Shown here: positions 9,417 through 18,718 of the stretch, piece after piece
Layout of the letters: each line of letters begins with the position of its first letter
How positions within the stretch are numbered: position 1 is the first letter of the stretch
IMG/VR virus record: IMGVR_UViG_3300015360_000026
DNA: 64,000 nucleotides
Source: an uncultured virus (IMG/VR IMGVR_UViG_3300015360_000026)
Taxonomy: Duplodnaviria > Heunggongvirae > Uroviricota > Caudoviricetes
Reading direction: 5' to 3' (one strand)
Notes under the pieces: model-generated
Databases searched by the model: none
What the model was told of the DNA's origin: nothing
What the model saw: only the letters and a program-made list of their open reading frames with translations
Program-made: the position numbers and the translations under genes

Positions 9417-11157
9417 CGCTGCCTCCCAAATCGCCGCCGAAATTCCCGTCACTACGATTCAAGTTCTCGTGACCGGGGACCAGAGGCATGCCGGCCTGCA
9501 CTCTGCTGCCGAATAGCGGATGCACAGGGACGCTGGTCCGCCCGTCCGTACTGCTATTCTCGGTGTTGGTCCGGACGTGTGACAAGCTGAATGTCGTTTG
9601 GGCCTGGGCAGACTCGGCGTTGATCGCGATCGTGACGCGGGCGACTGAGCCGACGAGGTCCATGGCCAGGCTGTCCTCGCCGGCCAGGAACTTCTCCTCG
9701 GACGCCTTGACGATGATGATTGATCCGGGGCCGATGTCGAACCGGAGTTTGCCGCCGACCAGCCCGGTGCGGCCCCGGAGCATATTAGCGACGTACACCG
9801 ATTGGGCGTACCGGTTGAACAGATCGAGCACGTCCTTAGCGAGCTTGTCGCCCTTGGGGTCGGGACCGGCAACGCCCTTTGCGTTGGGCGTGGTGGCGGT
9901 CTTGGTGACCTTGTCGTTGCCGATGCCGGACGTGCCCGATACGTTGTCGGTCGCGTCCTTGATGCCGGCCAGCCACGCGGGCGGCGACACATACTGGACA
10001 ACGCCGTCACTTGCGTCGACAGAGGTGGCTGAGAAACAACCACCGACGATCGGAATGGACCCGTACCGCCCGGCCTGGACGAGGCCGTAGTCACCGGAGT
10101 AGTTCGAGATGACGCCCACGGCCCGCAGCGGGCGGTCGAGTTCAGCTTGCATCTGGAAGCTGTCGTACTCGTCCGGAGTGATGGCCTTCCACGGCTCGCC
10201 GTTGTATGCCGGGGTATCGGCCGCGACGCACGCGAACTCGACCGACGGGTAGATCGCCATGTTGAACTGGGGGAAGAAGGTCCCCAACATCTTGTCCCAA
10301 AAATTGGTGTTCGCGTACGACTCAACAGCTCCCTGGGACAGTGCCCGTGACACGGACTCGGTTGCCATCGGCACGCTCGCGACGTCCAACTTGAGAGGCG
10401 TGCCGTACACGTACGCCTTATCGCAGTTCGGAGCGTTCGTGCCCTTGGCACCAGGACCCTCAATCTTTTTGAGTGCGTTCGAGGCCCGGTCATTCTTGAC
10501 AGCAGCTTCCGTCCCGGCTCCCGAGCACTTGGCATCCCCGACACCAGGTTCGGCTTTGACGTCGGCGAGCTGACAGAACAGTCCCTTCATCGCCCCCCAC
10601 AGGTCGGCGGTGACCGTATCGACAGTCGTCTTGTACCATACCATCGACGCAATGTAATTGCCCTTGCCGAGGTTCGCTCCGGTGAGGTTGCCGTTGGCCA
10701 TGACAGCCCGTGAGGTCATGGCCCACGGGTTAGCGGGGTGACTGTTCTTGGCTAGGCAGCTGGAGTTGGCCAGGTCGATCAGCCAGTGCCGAAGGTTGGC
10801 GATCACCTGGATCTTGCCGCTAATCTTGGTGTACGCGAGGCCGACCATGTACCCTTCAAAGATCACGAACGGATCTTCGGGCCACTGGATGCCTTTGGTG
10901 TCCCAATCGCCCTTGAGTTGCAGGGTGACCCTCGCCGGCTGCATCTGCTTGACCTTCGAGAACACACTGTGGATAACGGCGTCTTCTAGTGTCCGGGCGT
11001 TGCGACCCACGGCCAAAAGGATCTGGGCACTCGGGATCTCATTCACCGCGAAGCTACTCGTGAACTGGCTCACGTCGAACTTGAGACCGTTGACTTCGAG
11101 TGTCAGCGTCGTGCCCTCGCCCAGGTGCGTCAGTGCCCACTGCTTAGTTTGTCCCAC
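9406..11157 (-). CDS. Putative baseplate hub protein
   Basis: 583 aa; IFEGYMVG and LRFDIGPGSII patterns; located after tape measure and tube-like genes. Confidence 0.55.
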   Translation of the reverse strand: MGQTKQWALTHLGEGTTLTLEVNGLKFDVSQFTSSFAVNEIPSAQILLAVGRNARTLEDAVIHSVFSKVKQMQPARVTLQLKGDWDTKGIQWPEDPFVIFEGYMVGLAYTKISGKIQVIANLRHWLIDLANSSCLAKNSHPANPWAMTSRAVMANGNLTGANLGKGNYIASMVWYKTTVDTVTADLWGAMKGLFCQLADVKAEPGVGDAKCSGAGTEAAVKNDRASNALKKIEGPGAKGTNAPNCDKAYVYGTPLKLDVASVPMATESVSRALSQGAVESYANTNFWDKMLGTFFPQFNMAIYPSVEFACVAADTPAYNGEPWKAITPDEYDSFQMQAELDRPLRAVGVISNYSGDYGLVQAGRYGSIPIVGGCFSATSVDASDGVVQYVSPPAWLAGIKDATDNVSGTSGIGNDKVTKTATTPNAKGVAGPDPKGDKLAKDVLDLFNRYAQSVYVANMLRGRTGLVGGKLRFDIGPGSIIIVKASEEKFLAGEDSLAMDLVGSVARVTIAINAESAQAQTTFSLSHVRTNTENSSTDGRTSVPVHPLFGSRVQAGMPLVPGHENLNRSDGNFGGDLGGSDVT

Positions 11158-11947
11158 GTTCAGCTCTCCACGCTTGGTCCATGCGGTACGCCACGGCCAT
11201 CAGCAACGCACTGAGCCGCAGTGGCAGCTCTTTCTGATTCTTCCACAGATTGCGGAAGGTCAGGTAAGGTTGCTCGGCCGTGATGCCGAACAGGGCGTTC
11301 AGGTTGGGCTCGCCGATGTTAGTAAGACTCGCCAGCAGGTCCGCTAGGTCCGCCTGGGGGCGGTTCCGGACGACGACGTCCCAGGCCATTCCGGGGCTCG
11401 TTGTCGTCAGGCGGACCGAGTATCCGGACTGGCCGAGTGGGACCGCGTCCGACAGGCCGTCCGTCAGGGCGAAAGGTAGAAACTGGCTTCTAGATGTCGG
11501 TGTGATCTCCTGCACCTGTACGGACGTCGGGCCGGCAACGCGGACCTCGACGGTCGTTTCGATCTGCCCAGTGGTATCCGGAGCGGTCGGTACGCCCTGA
11601 ACGTAGAGTGTAGTCGGTACACCTTGGAGCTGCATCACAACCGGCATAAATGCGGCGGCGGGCACGAGGGCGGCGTCGGTCAAGGAGTACGTCACGCGGG
11701 GGTCGAGTTGGAACACGTAGTCGACCAGTGGCGTGGCGTGGATCAGGCGAACGAACTGCCGGCACCGGTAGTTCACCATGTGGCGATCGGGCTTGGAGCC
11801 GAATAAGAGGGACCGAACCACGGTCAAGTACCCAGGGACGGCCTTCAGGGGCACGAAGTCCGTGGGCGTAGCTTCCTCGGCGAGGTACGACGCCGAGCCG
11901 TTGAAAGATGCCTGGTTGGCCAGCATCGTGCGTGCGTGGTTGTACAC
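11144..11947 (-). CDS. Hypothetical tail/baseplate protein
   Basis: Start moved to GTG 11947 (GGAG upstream, next to the stop at 11949). Confidence 0.55.
   Translation of the reverse strand: MYNHARTMLANQASFNGSASYLAEEATPTDFVPLKAVPGYLTVVRSLLFGSKPDRHMVNYRCRQFVRLIHATPLVDYVFQLDPRVTYSLTDAALVPAAAFMPVVMQLQGVPTTLYVQGVPTAPDTTGQIETTVEVRVAGPTSVQVQEITPTSRSQFLPFALTDGLSDAVPLGQSGYSVRLTTTSPGMAWDVVVRNRPQADLADLLASLTNIGEPNLNALFGITAEQPYLTFRNLWKNQKELPLRLSALLMAVAYRMDQAWRAERGTN
11477..11492. promoter_or_regulatory. 16-bp quasi-palindrome, copy 2 (intragenic)
   Basis: TAGAAACTGGCTTCTA. Confidence 0.5.
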
Positions 11948-11948
11948 T

Positions 11949-12428
11949 TCAAGTCTCCGGGAGGGTCTGCATGCTGAGACCCCACTGAACCATGCCCGAC
12001 TCGGGCTCGACCGTGTCGAAGGTCGAGCTGGTGACAAAACCCTCGATCGTGTTATTCGGATTCGTGCCGATGGTAATACGGACCGGGGCACCGGTCTTGG
12101 AGACGCGGTTTCGCCTGTACCAATCCATCATCAGGGCCATGCCGTGGTCCTGGTTGGTGTCGCACGGGGCCGCGAAGGATAAGCCCGCCAGACTCAGACT
12201 GCCGATCCGGTCGCCGAATACGTACACGTAGATCGAGGCCCCTAGGGTGTGCAGGAACTGCACGTTCGCCTGTTGGCTGAGTGTCACCCGCGTGATGATC
12301 GACTGCTGTGACTCGAAGTCGATCTCCTCCCGCACGTCCTGGAACCCGACGAAGCCGACGCGAGCCTGGGCGGTCGGATCGTCGACACGGACGACAGTAC
12401 CGCGATTTTTCTCAAAGATGACGGGCAC
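11949..12428 (-). CDS. Tail tube initiator-like protein
   Basis: QANVQFLHTLG..IYVYVFGDRIGSLSLAG parallels the tube gene (QNISRLYEVG..IYYVGGRTQGTLGLG); directly after tape measure. Confidence 0.55.
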   Translation of the reverse strand: MPVIFEKNRGTVVRVDDPTAQARVGFVGFQDVREEIDFESQQSIITRVTLSQQANVQFLHTLGASIYVYVFGDRIGSLSLAGLSFAAPCDTNQDHGMALMMDWYRRNRVSKTGAPVRITIGTNPNNTIEGFVTSSTFDTVEPESGMVQWGLSMQTLPET

Positions 12429-12437
12429 GGGGGCTCC

Positions 12438-15400
12438 TTACGGCTTTGTGACCGGGTTGAGGGGGTTGCCGCTACTCGCACCGTCGACTTCGGCCTGGCT
12501 GCCCTTAATCGTAAGCGTGCCGGTGAACTTGACATTGTCCCACTTCGACCCACCCTTGTCGGTGTCAGCTTGCGGCAGTCGCTGTCCACCCTGTTCCATG
12601 ATCGTGTACGCCTTATTAAGCTGTTCAAGGGAGACGTTGCCGTCCTTGTTCCGCTCCAGCAGACCCTGCTGCTGCTGGACCTCCAGGGCACCCTTGACCT
12701 TCTCCCATTGATGGTCGTCTCCGATGTGCAGTTTGCTCCGGAGATTGTTGAGGTTCTCGGTCCTCTTCTTCTCGTCGGAGACGTTGACCGTCGCGTCGTT
12801 GAATGCCTTGCCGAGTTCGCCCACGTTGGCAAACGACTTCTGGCTGCCCTGGACCGCACCCTTGAGTTCATTCTCCGAGTTGACGATGCTCTCCGTACCC
12901 GCCGCCGACTGGGAACCGATCCTCCCGGCGAGTGCGGACCACTTCTGCCCGTCTCGCTCGGCTTCGTCGATGCCGAAGACGTTGCCGACCCGCGTCAGCC
13001 GCATGCTGCCGCTCTCCCTGGTCCGGTCGTAATACTTTTCCGCCGCCGCCTTTTGCACCTCGATGACGCCAATCGCACCGGGCAGTGCCTCGGCCGACAC
13101 GCCGATCTTCGTGGCGATTTTCTCCATCTGGGCCTTCTGTTCCGTCGTGGCCTTGTCGCCCGCTGCCATGATGGTGCGAACGGACTGTTCTTCCTCGCCC
13201 GTCATCTTGCGGGCGATGCCGACGTTGTCCGCCTGCTTCTTGAGGAGCACCCGGCGGGCGAAGTCGAGCGGGTTAAGGCCCTCGCCGTTACCCTTCTCCA
13301 GTCGCTTCATCTCCTCGTCGGTTAGGCCCATCAGGGTGTGGGCCTCCTTCATGTTGCCGACTTGCTCCTGGCGGGCGACGACACGCTTCTTGTAGTCCTC
13401 GTCTGTCTCACCGGCCTTCTTGGCTTCAATGTCCTTCTTGGCCTGTTCCTCGTCGCCCAACCAGAACTGACGACCGAGTTTGCCGGTAGTATCGTGCAAC
13501 ATCCCGACGATGCCGCCCTGTTCGGTTTGGAGTTCCTTGATCTCGTTCATGACCTTCTCGTACGTCTCCTTGTTCCCGAACGTCTGGATGTCGCCGTGCA
13601 GGAGCTTGGCGATGTCGCCGCCTGCGTACTTGAGGGCCAGCTCATGTTTGCGGGTCGTGATGTCGTTAAGCCGCGTGTGTGCCGCGATACCACGGGTGCC
13701 GAACCGTTGGGCCGATGGGGCGGTAACGGCTTTGTCGGCAATCGTCTGGTAGGCGTCCTCGGACCGCATGATGCTGCTGCGGGCCATCTTCCCGTCGTCG
13801 GTACGCCAGAACTCGCCGAACCGATCCGATCGGTCCTGGAAGCGTTTCTCCAACATCGTCTTCCTGGCTGTATCAATGTCCCCGTCCTTGATGCCTGGGT
13901 TCGCCTTCCTGACGTCATCGTCGGATACGTTGAAAATCACCTTCTCCTCCCGGTCGATCAGTTCGCCGAGCTTCCTGCGTTCATCGGCCGGGGTGAACGG
14001 GGTCTTGGCGGCTTCAGCTGCCTTCCGGGCCTCGTCGATCTCGTGGCTGAACCCCCACCGCTTAGCCCGTTGACGAGCTGCGGCAAGTTCCTCCGCGTCG
14101 GCAGGAGACATGCCGCCCTTGATCAGGGCGTCGACGGCTGCTCGCGGCGGACGGAACCCCGTCGCCCGGCGTTCGGCGATGATGACGGCACGGGCCTGTT
14201 CGTCCGTTGTGATTTGGCCCTTCTGCATCTCCAGTTCCATGTCTGAGTGACTGATCTGCGACATATCGCGACCCTTGGCGTCGCGGGAGCCGGGCTTCGT
14301 CGACCACGTGGCAATCTGGTTGTTGATGATCTCGTTGCGGGCATCATCCTCCGAGAGTACCGTGCGGTCGAGGGCCTTGCGTCGTTGGATGGTGGCGTCG
14401 ATGTCCTCCTTGGAGATCGCTGACTTGTCGGTCCGCATCCGCTCAATCGTCTCCCGTCGGCGGGCGATGATGGCGGCTGCCGCTTGGTCGGTGGTAACTG
14501 GCTTGTTGACCCGGTAGTCCCTTTTGACTGCGTCGATCTCGGGCCGTTCGATCTGCGAGCCAGACGCACTGCGGATGCCGGCCGTCTCTGCGACTTCTCG
14601 GGAGATGTCGCGGGCGGCACTCAACGCCTCCTTGGTGTCCTTCGCGGAGACGCCGGTCTCGCCGAAGAACCCGAAGTCAGCTGACACCTTGGCCAGGTTC
14701 GATGCGTCGTCGGTTAGCTCCCTCATCCCGGTGTCGTGCTGCTCTTGGAGTTTGTCGCGGGCCTCACCGGGCTTCTCCTTGAGGATCTTTGCCTGCAACT
14801 CTTCGAGGGCGGCTCGCTTCTCTTGGAGCTTCTGGAGGGGGGCGACAAGGGCCTTGTTGACGTCCTCGTTCTTGACACCGCCGAAGGCCGTCGCGATCAG
14901 CTCGATCGGACTGTCGGTCGACTTGGCGTTCTGGAGGAACTGCATGGCCCGCGACAGGGCCGTCCCCTTACCCAGCGGGGAAAGGGCGTCCTGTAACTGT
15001 CCGGTGAAGTTCTGGCGTTGTCGGTTCCGATCGGCCGCTGCCATCGTCTCGGGGTTGAAAATCCGCTGGACGTTGCCGACGTTCTCCAGGCCGGCGAAGC
15101 CCGAGTTCTGGAGGGCGAGGTTGGACTGACCCTTCCACCGCTCGGCGGCAAGACCGAAGAACTGGTTACGTTCCTGATCCGGCATTGCCGCCAGGGCCTT
15201 GCCGGCGTCGGAGCCGGCCAGCTGGGTCTCCATGATCTTCTGGAAGTTCGCCTTGAACTTCTGTGGGTCGTTGAAGTCCGCCGTCGACATACTAAAGACC
15301 TGCTTCGTTGCCTCAGCGGACACCTTACCCATCGCCTCCTTGGCGGCGTCCTCGTTGATGCCCTTCGCCTTCAGCTTCTCGACCATCGTCTCGTGCATGC

Positions 15401-17033
15401 GGTCGGCGAGAAATGGCATCACCTGCTTCTCGCCCTGGAGCCCACGGACGGAGTCACCGATCTTGTACTTGTCGACTTGCTCTCGGTTGTCGAACTGCCG
15501 GGTGAGCATCTCCTGGACGTCATTCTGGGTGATGCCCCGCGACTTGCCGCTGGCGTCGACGCCGTGGGTGAGGGTGTGAATGAGGTCTTCCTCGGACAGG
15601 GCGATCGACTTGAATTTGCCGTCTGCTCCTCGGTACTCCTTTTGACCCGTCTTGATCGCCTTAATCAGGTTGGCGGCTTCTGAGTCTTTCTTGAACCCGC
15701 CCACGGAGTCCGCGACGCGGACGGCCGCACCGAGGCGGTTCGCCATGTTGGAGCCAGACGCCGACGTGGTCAGGTTGGCGTCGAGTTGCGTCAACTGGTC
15801 GGAGTTCATCGCCCCCCAGGCCGTGACCGCCCCCTCGCCGCGAGCCCGGTAGGCCCCGCCGAAGGCCAGAGCGTGCTGCGTGGCTGAGACACCGAACTGC
15901 GACTCGATACCCAACGCCGCTGCGTGCTGGGAGGCGTGGCCCTGGATCATCAGGGCGTTGTCGATTGAGACGCCGGTCGACTTGGCCAGATTGTACGTCT
16001 GGCGGGCAATCATGCCGGCCTTGGCCGGGTCCATCTGGGCCAGGTTGCCGCCCGTCAGCTGTTCAAGGCCCCGCATCAGCTCGGACATGGGGGCGTTAGG
16101 CCGACCCTGGTCACCAAAGATCTCCCGCATCGCCGACACAGCCCCGGCGTAGTTCTTGATCGACTTCGCGATCCGCCCCGTGTCGATGGACCGCATTTTC
16201 TCCGAGACCGCCGGATCGAGGGACAGCTTGTCGATGTCTTCGGCGGACAACTTCTCGACGCCGCCGGCCGGCAGGGTCATTTTCTGGCGGCTGGCAGCCT
16301 TCTGGAGTTGCTCGGCTGACATCCCCCGGACGACGTCCGACGTCTTGGTCCCCACCGACCGGGTGTCCTGGTCGACCATGCCCCGCATCTGGAGTTCCTG
16401 GAACAGCGACCCGGCCTGGCCCGCCGTGACGCCCTTCATGTCGCCGATCTTGGCCTTATCGCCATAGAGCTTTTCGTACAGCTCGCGTGACTGCTGACCG
16501 ACGGTCTCGGCCGACATGCCCATCCGGCCGGTGGCCGGGTCCATGCGGTAACGACCGCCCTCGATCATGCGGCTGGCCATCACCGTCGCCGAGCCCCGGA
16601 GACCGCCGAGTTGGTCGAGCGTGTCCGGGGCGATCTGAGCCATAATGGGAGCGGCAAACTGGGCGGCGTCCGCCAGCGTACCGGCGGCACGCCGCTGGGA
16701 CGCACCAAACTCCTGGCCGCTCATTGCGGCTACGCCCCGGAACGTCCGCATGAAACTCTGGCGATCTACTGCCGAGGCGTCGGACATGGCCTGTCGCTGC
16801 ATCGCGGTGAATTCGCGGTGCTTAAGCGTGTCCCACGCATTCTGATCGTGGCCGAGACCCATCGGGGTCATGTTCATCCCGCCCATTGCGTTCATCAACA
16901 GCGGCGACGCCGCCATCCCGACGAGCGGGTTGCTGGAAATGAACGGAGCCCCCTCAAGCCCGTACCGGTACTGGGGGGCGTAACCTGCGGCCATGGGGGC
17001 GTACCCCATCGCCTGTCGCTGCATCGGGTCCAT
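12438..17033 (-). CDS. Tape measure protein
   Basis: 1531 aa Ala/Gly/Gln/Lys-rich helical protein, preceded by a chaperone pair and followed by baseplate genes. Confidence 0.7.
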   Translation of the reverse strand: MDPMQRQAMGYAPMAAGYAPQYRYGLEGAPFISSNPLVGMAASPLLMNAMGGMNMTPMGLGHDQNAWDTLKHREFTAMQRQAMSDASAVDRQSFMRTFRGVAAMSGQEFGASQRRAAGTLADAAQFAAPIMAQIAPDTLDQLGGLRGSATVMASRMIEGGRYRMDPATGRMGMSAETVGQQSRELYEKLYGDKAKIGDMKGVTAGQAGSLFQELQMRGMVDQDTRSVGTKTSDVVRGMSAEQLQKAASRQKMTLPAGGVEKLSAEDIDKLSLDPAVSEKMRSIDTGRIAKSIKNYAGAVSAMREIFGDQGRPNAPMSELMRGLEQLTGGNLAQMDPAKAGMIARQTYNLAKSTGVSIDNALMIQGHASQHAAALGIESQFGVSATQHALAFGGAYRARGEGAVTAWGAMNSDQLTQLDANLTTSASGSNMANRLGAAVRVADSVGGFKKDSEAANLIKAIKTGQKEYRGADGKFKSIALSEEDLIHTLTHGVDASGKSRGITQNDVQEMLTRQFDNREQVDKYKIGDSVRGLQGEKQVMPFLADRMHETMVEKLKAKGINEDAAKEAMGKVSAEATKQVFSMSTADFNDPQKFKANFQKIMETQLAGSDAGKALAAMPDQERNQFFGLAAERWKGQSNLALQNSGFAGLENVGNVQRIFNPETMAAADRNRQRQNFTGQLQDALSPLGKGTALSRAMQFLQNAKSTDSPIELIATAFGGVKNEDVNKALVAPLQKLQEKRAALEELQAKILKEKPGEARDKLQEQHDTGMRELTDDASNLAKVSADFGFFGETGVSAKDTKEALSAARDISREVAETAGIRSASGSQIERPEIDAVKRDYRVNKPVTTDQAAAAIIARRRETIERMRTDKSAISKEDIDATIQRRKALDRTVLSEDDARNEIINNQIATWSTKPGSRDAKGRDMSQISHSDMELEMQKGQITTDEQARAVIIAERRATGFRPPRAAVDALIKGGMSPADAEELAAARQRAKRWGFSHEIDEARKAAEAAKTPFTPADERRKLGELIDREEKVIFNVSDDDVRKANPGIKDGDIDTARKTMLEKRFQDRSDRFGEFWRTDDGKMARSSIMRSEDAYQTIADKAVTAPSAQRFGTRGIAAHTRLNDITTRKHELALKYAGGDIAKLLHGDIQTFGNKETYEKVMNEIKELQTEQGGIVGMLHDTTGKLGRQFWLGDEEQAKKDIEAKKAGETDEDYKKRVVARQEQVGNMKEAHTLMGLTDEEMKRLEKGNGEGLNPLDFARRVLLKKQADNVGIARKMTGEEEQSVRTIMAAGDKATTEQKAQMEKIATKIGVSAEALPGAIGVIEVQKAAAEKYYDRTRESGSMRLTRVGNVFGIDEAERDGQKWSALAGRIGSQSAAGTESIVNSENELKGAVQGSQKSFANVGELGKAFNDATVNVSDEKKRTENLNNLRSKLHIGDDHQWEKVKGALEVQQQQGLLERNKDGNVSLEQLNKAYTIMEQGGQRLPQADTDKGGSKWDNVKFTGTLTIKGSQAEVDGASSGNPLNPVTKP

Positions 17034-17046
17034 AGGCGTCCTGCCT

Positions 17047-17523
17047 TTATGTCTTCTTCAACTCGCGGAATCGGCGGTTGATCCTCTCCTCGTCGGTCTC
17101 GGCCTGAGCAACCGGGACGTACCAGTCGCGGATCTCCTGGGCCAACTTCCTCTTAAACTCGGGATCATCGGGGTCGCCGATGATCTTCTTGAACTGTTCC
17201 TTCAGCCCGGCGATCTCAGAATCCTTACCCGCCTCACGGGCGTTCCAGGGGTGCAAGAGGCCGATGATGTTGTTGAACGTCTCCACGGCGTTCTTCGTTG
17301 ACTTTTTCCAGCTCTCGTCCGTCAGGCTGGAGTTCGCAACCAAGGCGAGGTGGTAAGCGTAGGCCGCTTGCGACAACTTGAGGTCGTCCTCGCGGGACAT
17401 CCCGTCGATCAGGATGTTCACCTTACGCCACCATCGTACGTCCAGCAGCCTCGCCTGGCGAAAGTCGATGACGCCCTTCGTGGCTGCCTGAATCGTCAGG
17501 ACTGCTCCTCGGTCGCGTTCCAA
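17047..17523 (-). CDS. Tail assembly chaperone, frameshift extension (GT-like)
   Basis: -1 frame overlap with upstream ORF, only a TTG candidate start and no clear RBS; directly before tape measure. Confidence 0.6.
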   Translation of the reverse strand: MERDRGAVLTIQAATKGVIDFRQARLLDVRWWRKVNILIDGMSREDDLKLSQAAYAYHLALVANSSLTDESWKKSTKNAVETFNNIIGLLHPWNAREAGKDSEIAGLKEQFKKIIGDPDDPEFKRKLAQEIRDWYVPVAQAETDEERINRRFRELKKT

Positions 17524-18707
17524 AAATCCGAGTTGTCGACCATGCCCTCCAGTCGCGACACCAGGCGGTTAAACCGCTGGGCCTGGTTCGCGATAACGCG
17601 GTTGAGACTCTCGCTGCGGAGTACCTTTTCCAGCACGTACTTCTCGATGTGCTGGAGCCCCGTGTCGGACGGGTCGGCCGGGTCGGGCAGTTTCCAGTGG
17701 GCCTCGGCGTTTGGGTTCGATTCCTTCGATAGGCCATCGGGCAGGTCTTCACTGAACTGCGTCGAGCGGAACTGCTGGATCTGGAGGTACAGCCGCAGGC
17801 GGTTGACCCGTTCCCAAAAGTCCAGCTCGGTCGGCAGGAGGCCCCGGAACCGTTCCTGGTAGGCATGCTTGAAGACGACGTCCAGTTCCTGGGTCGTTAG
17901 CGTGCGGAATACGACGGACACCGCCCCACCGAACAGCGGGTACTCCTTGACGAAGCACTTCAAGCCGAGGATCGCGTGCAGGAACGACATCTTCTCGCCG
18001 TACGGCGGCGTGGGGATGTCCTCCTGGTTAAGCGGCCACTCGCAGTGCGGACAGTGCGACATTAACTTGTCCGCACCGAGATCCGTTGTCGGAGTCGGTG
18101 TAGCCGTGGGTGGCGTGGGTGGCGTGGGTGGCGGTGCCGCCGCCGGAGGAGGCACCTGCTCCATGTCATTGACAATCATGGGCTCTTCCCGCCGCCGCTG
18201 GCCGATCGCCCGGTCGGCGTCGGCCTCCAGTTTTCGGACGCCGGCCTCGATCTGGGGCGGGAGGGCGGATGAGGTCGGGGAGAACGCCGTCAGCGTCTCG
18301 GATATCTTCCGACGGATCTCGGCTTGCTGCGTGGGCGTCAGGTCCTTCTCACGGACCGTGGCGACTTCAAGGTCCTTGAGCCGTGGGTCGGCGGACAGGT
18401 CGGTGTTCGCGATCTCCTTGGCCGAGTTGGCCTGGACCTGGCCGAGTATGTCCGCCATGTTCGACGGAACGTCCTCGCCCTCCCGCCAGCCGACCTTCTT
18501 CAGGTCCTTCTTCTCCTCCTCGGAGAGGGAGCTGGCCTTGATCACGGTCACCGGTCGGTCGGTCGGGAGCGGCAGCGTGCCCTTGACGCCGGGGATCTGC
18601 CGACCGCCGGGCGGCACGGGCATGGTCGCCTTGGCCACCTTTGCCTTGATGTCGTCGTAGGTGACGGGCGGCTTGCCGGCTGCGGAAAGGTCAACTTCCT
18701 TGGCCAC
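17496..18707 (-). CDS. Tail assembly chaperone (G-like) with Pro-rich N-terminal region
   Basis: RBS AAGGAGG and GTG start; CPHC motif; ends ...NSDFWN over slippery G GAT TTT. Confidence 0.6.
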   Translation of the reverse strand: MAKEVDLSAAGKPPVTYDDIKAKVAKATMPVPPGGRQIPGVKGTLPLPTDRPVTVIKASSLSEEEKKDLKKVGWREGEDVPSNMADILGQVQANSAKEIANTDLSADPRLKDLEVATVREKDLTPTQQAEIRRKISETLTAFSPTSSALPPQIEAGVRKLEADADRAIGQRRREEPMIVNDMEQVPPPAAAPPPTPPTPPTATPTPTTDLGADKLMSHCPHCEWPLNQEDIPTPPYGEKMSFLHAILGLKCFVKEYPLFGGAVSVVFRTLTTQELDVVFKHAYQERFRGLLPTELDFWERVNRLRLYLQIQQFRSTQFSEDLPDGLSKESNPNAEAHWKLPDPADPSDTGLQHIEKYVLEKVLRSESLNRVIANQAQRFNRLVSRLEGMVDNSDFWNATEEQS

Positions 18708-18718
18708 CGTGGGCCTCC

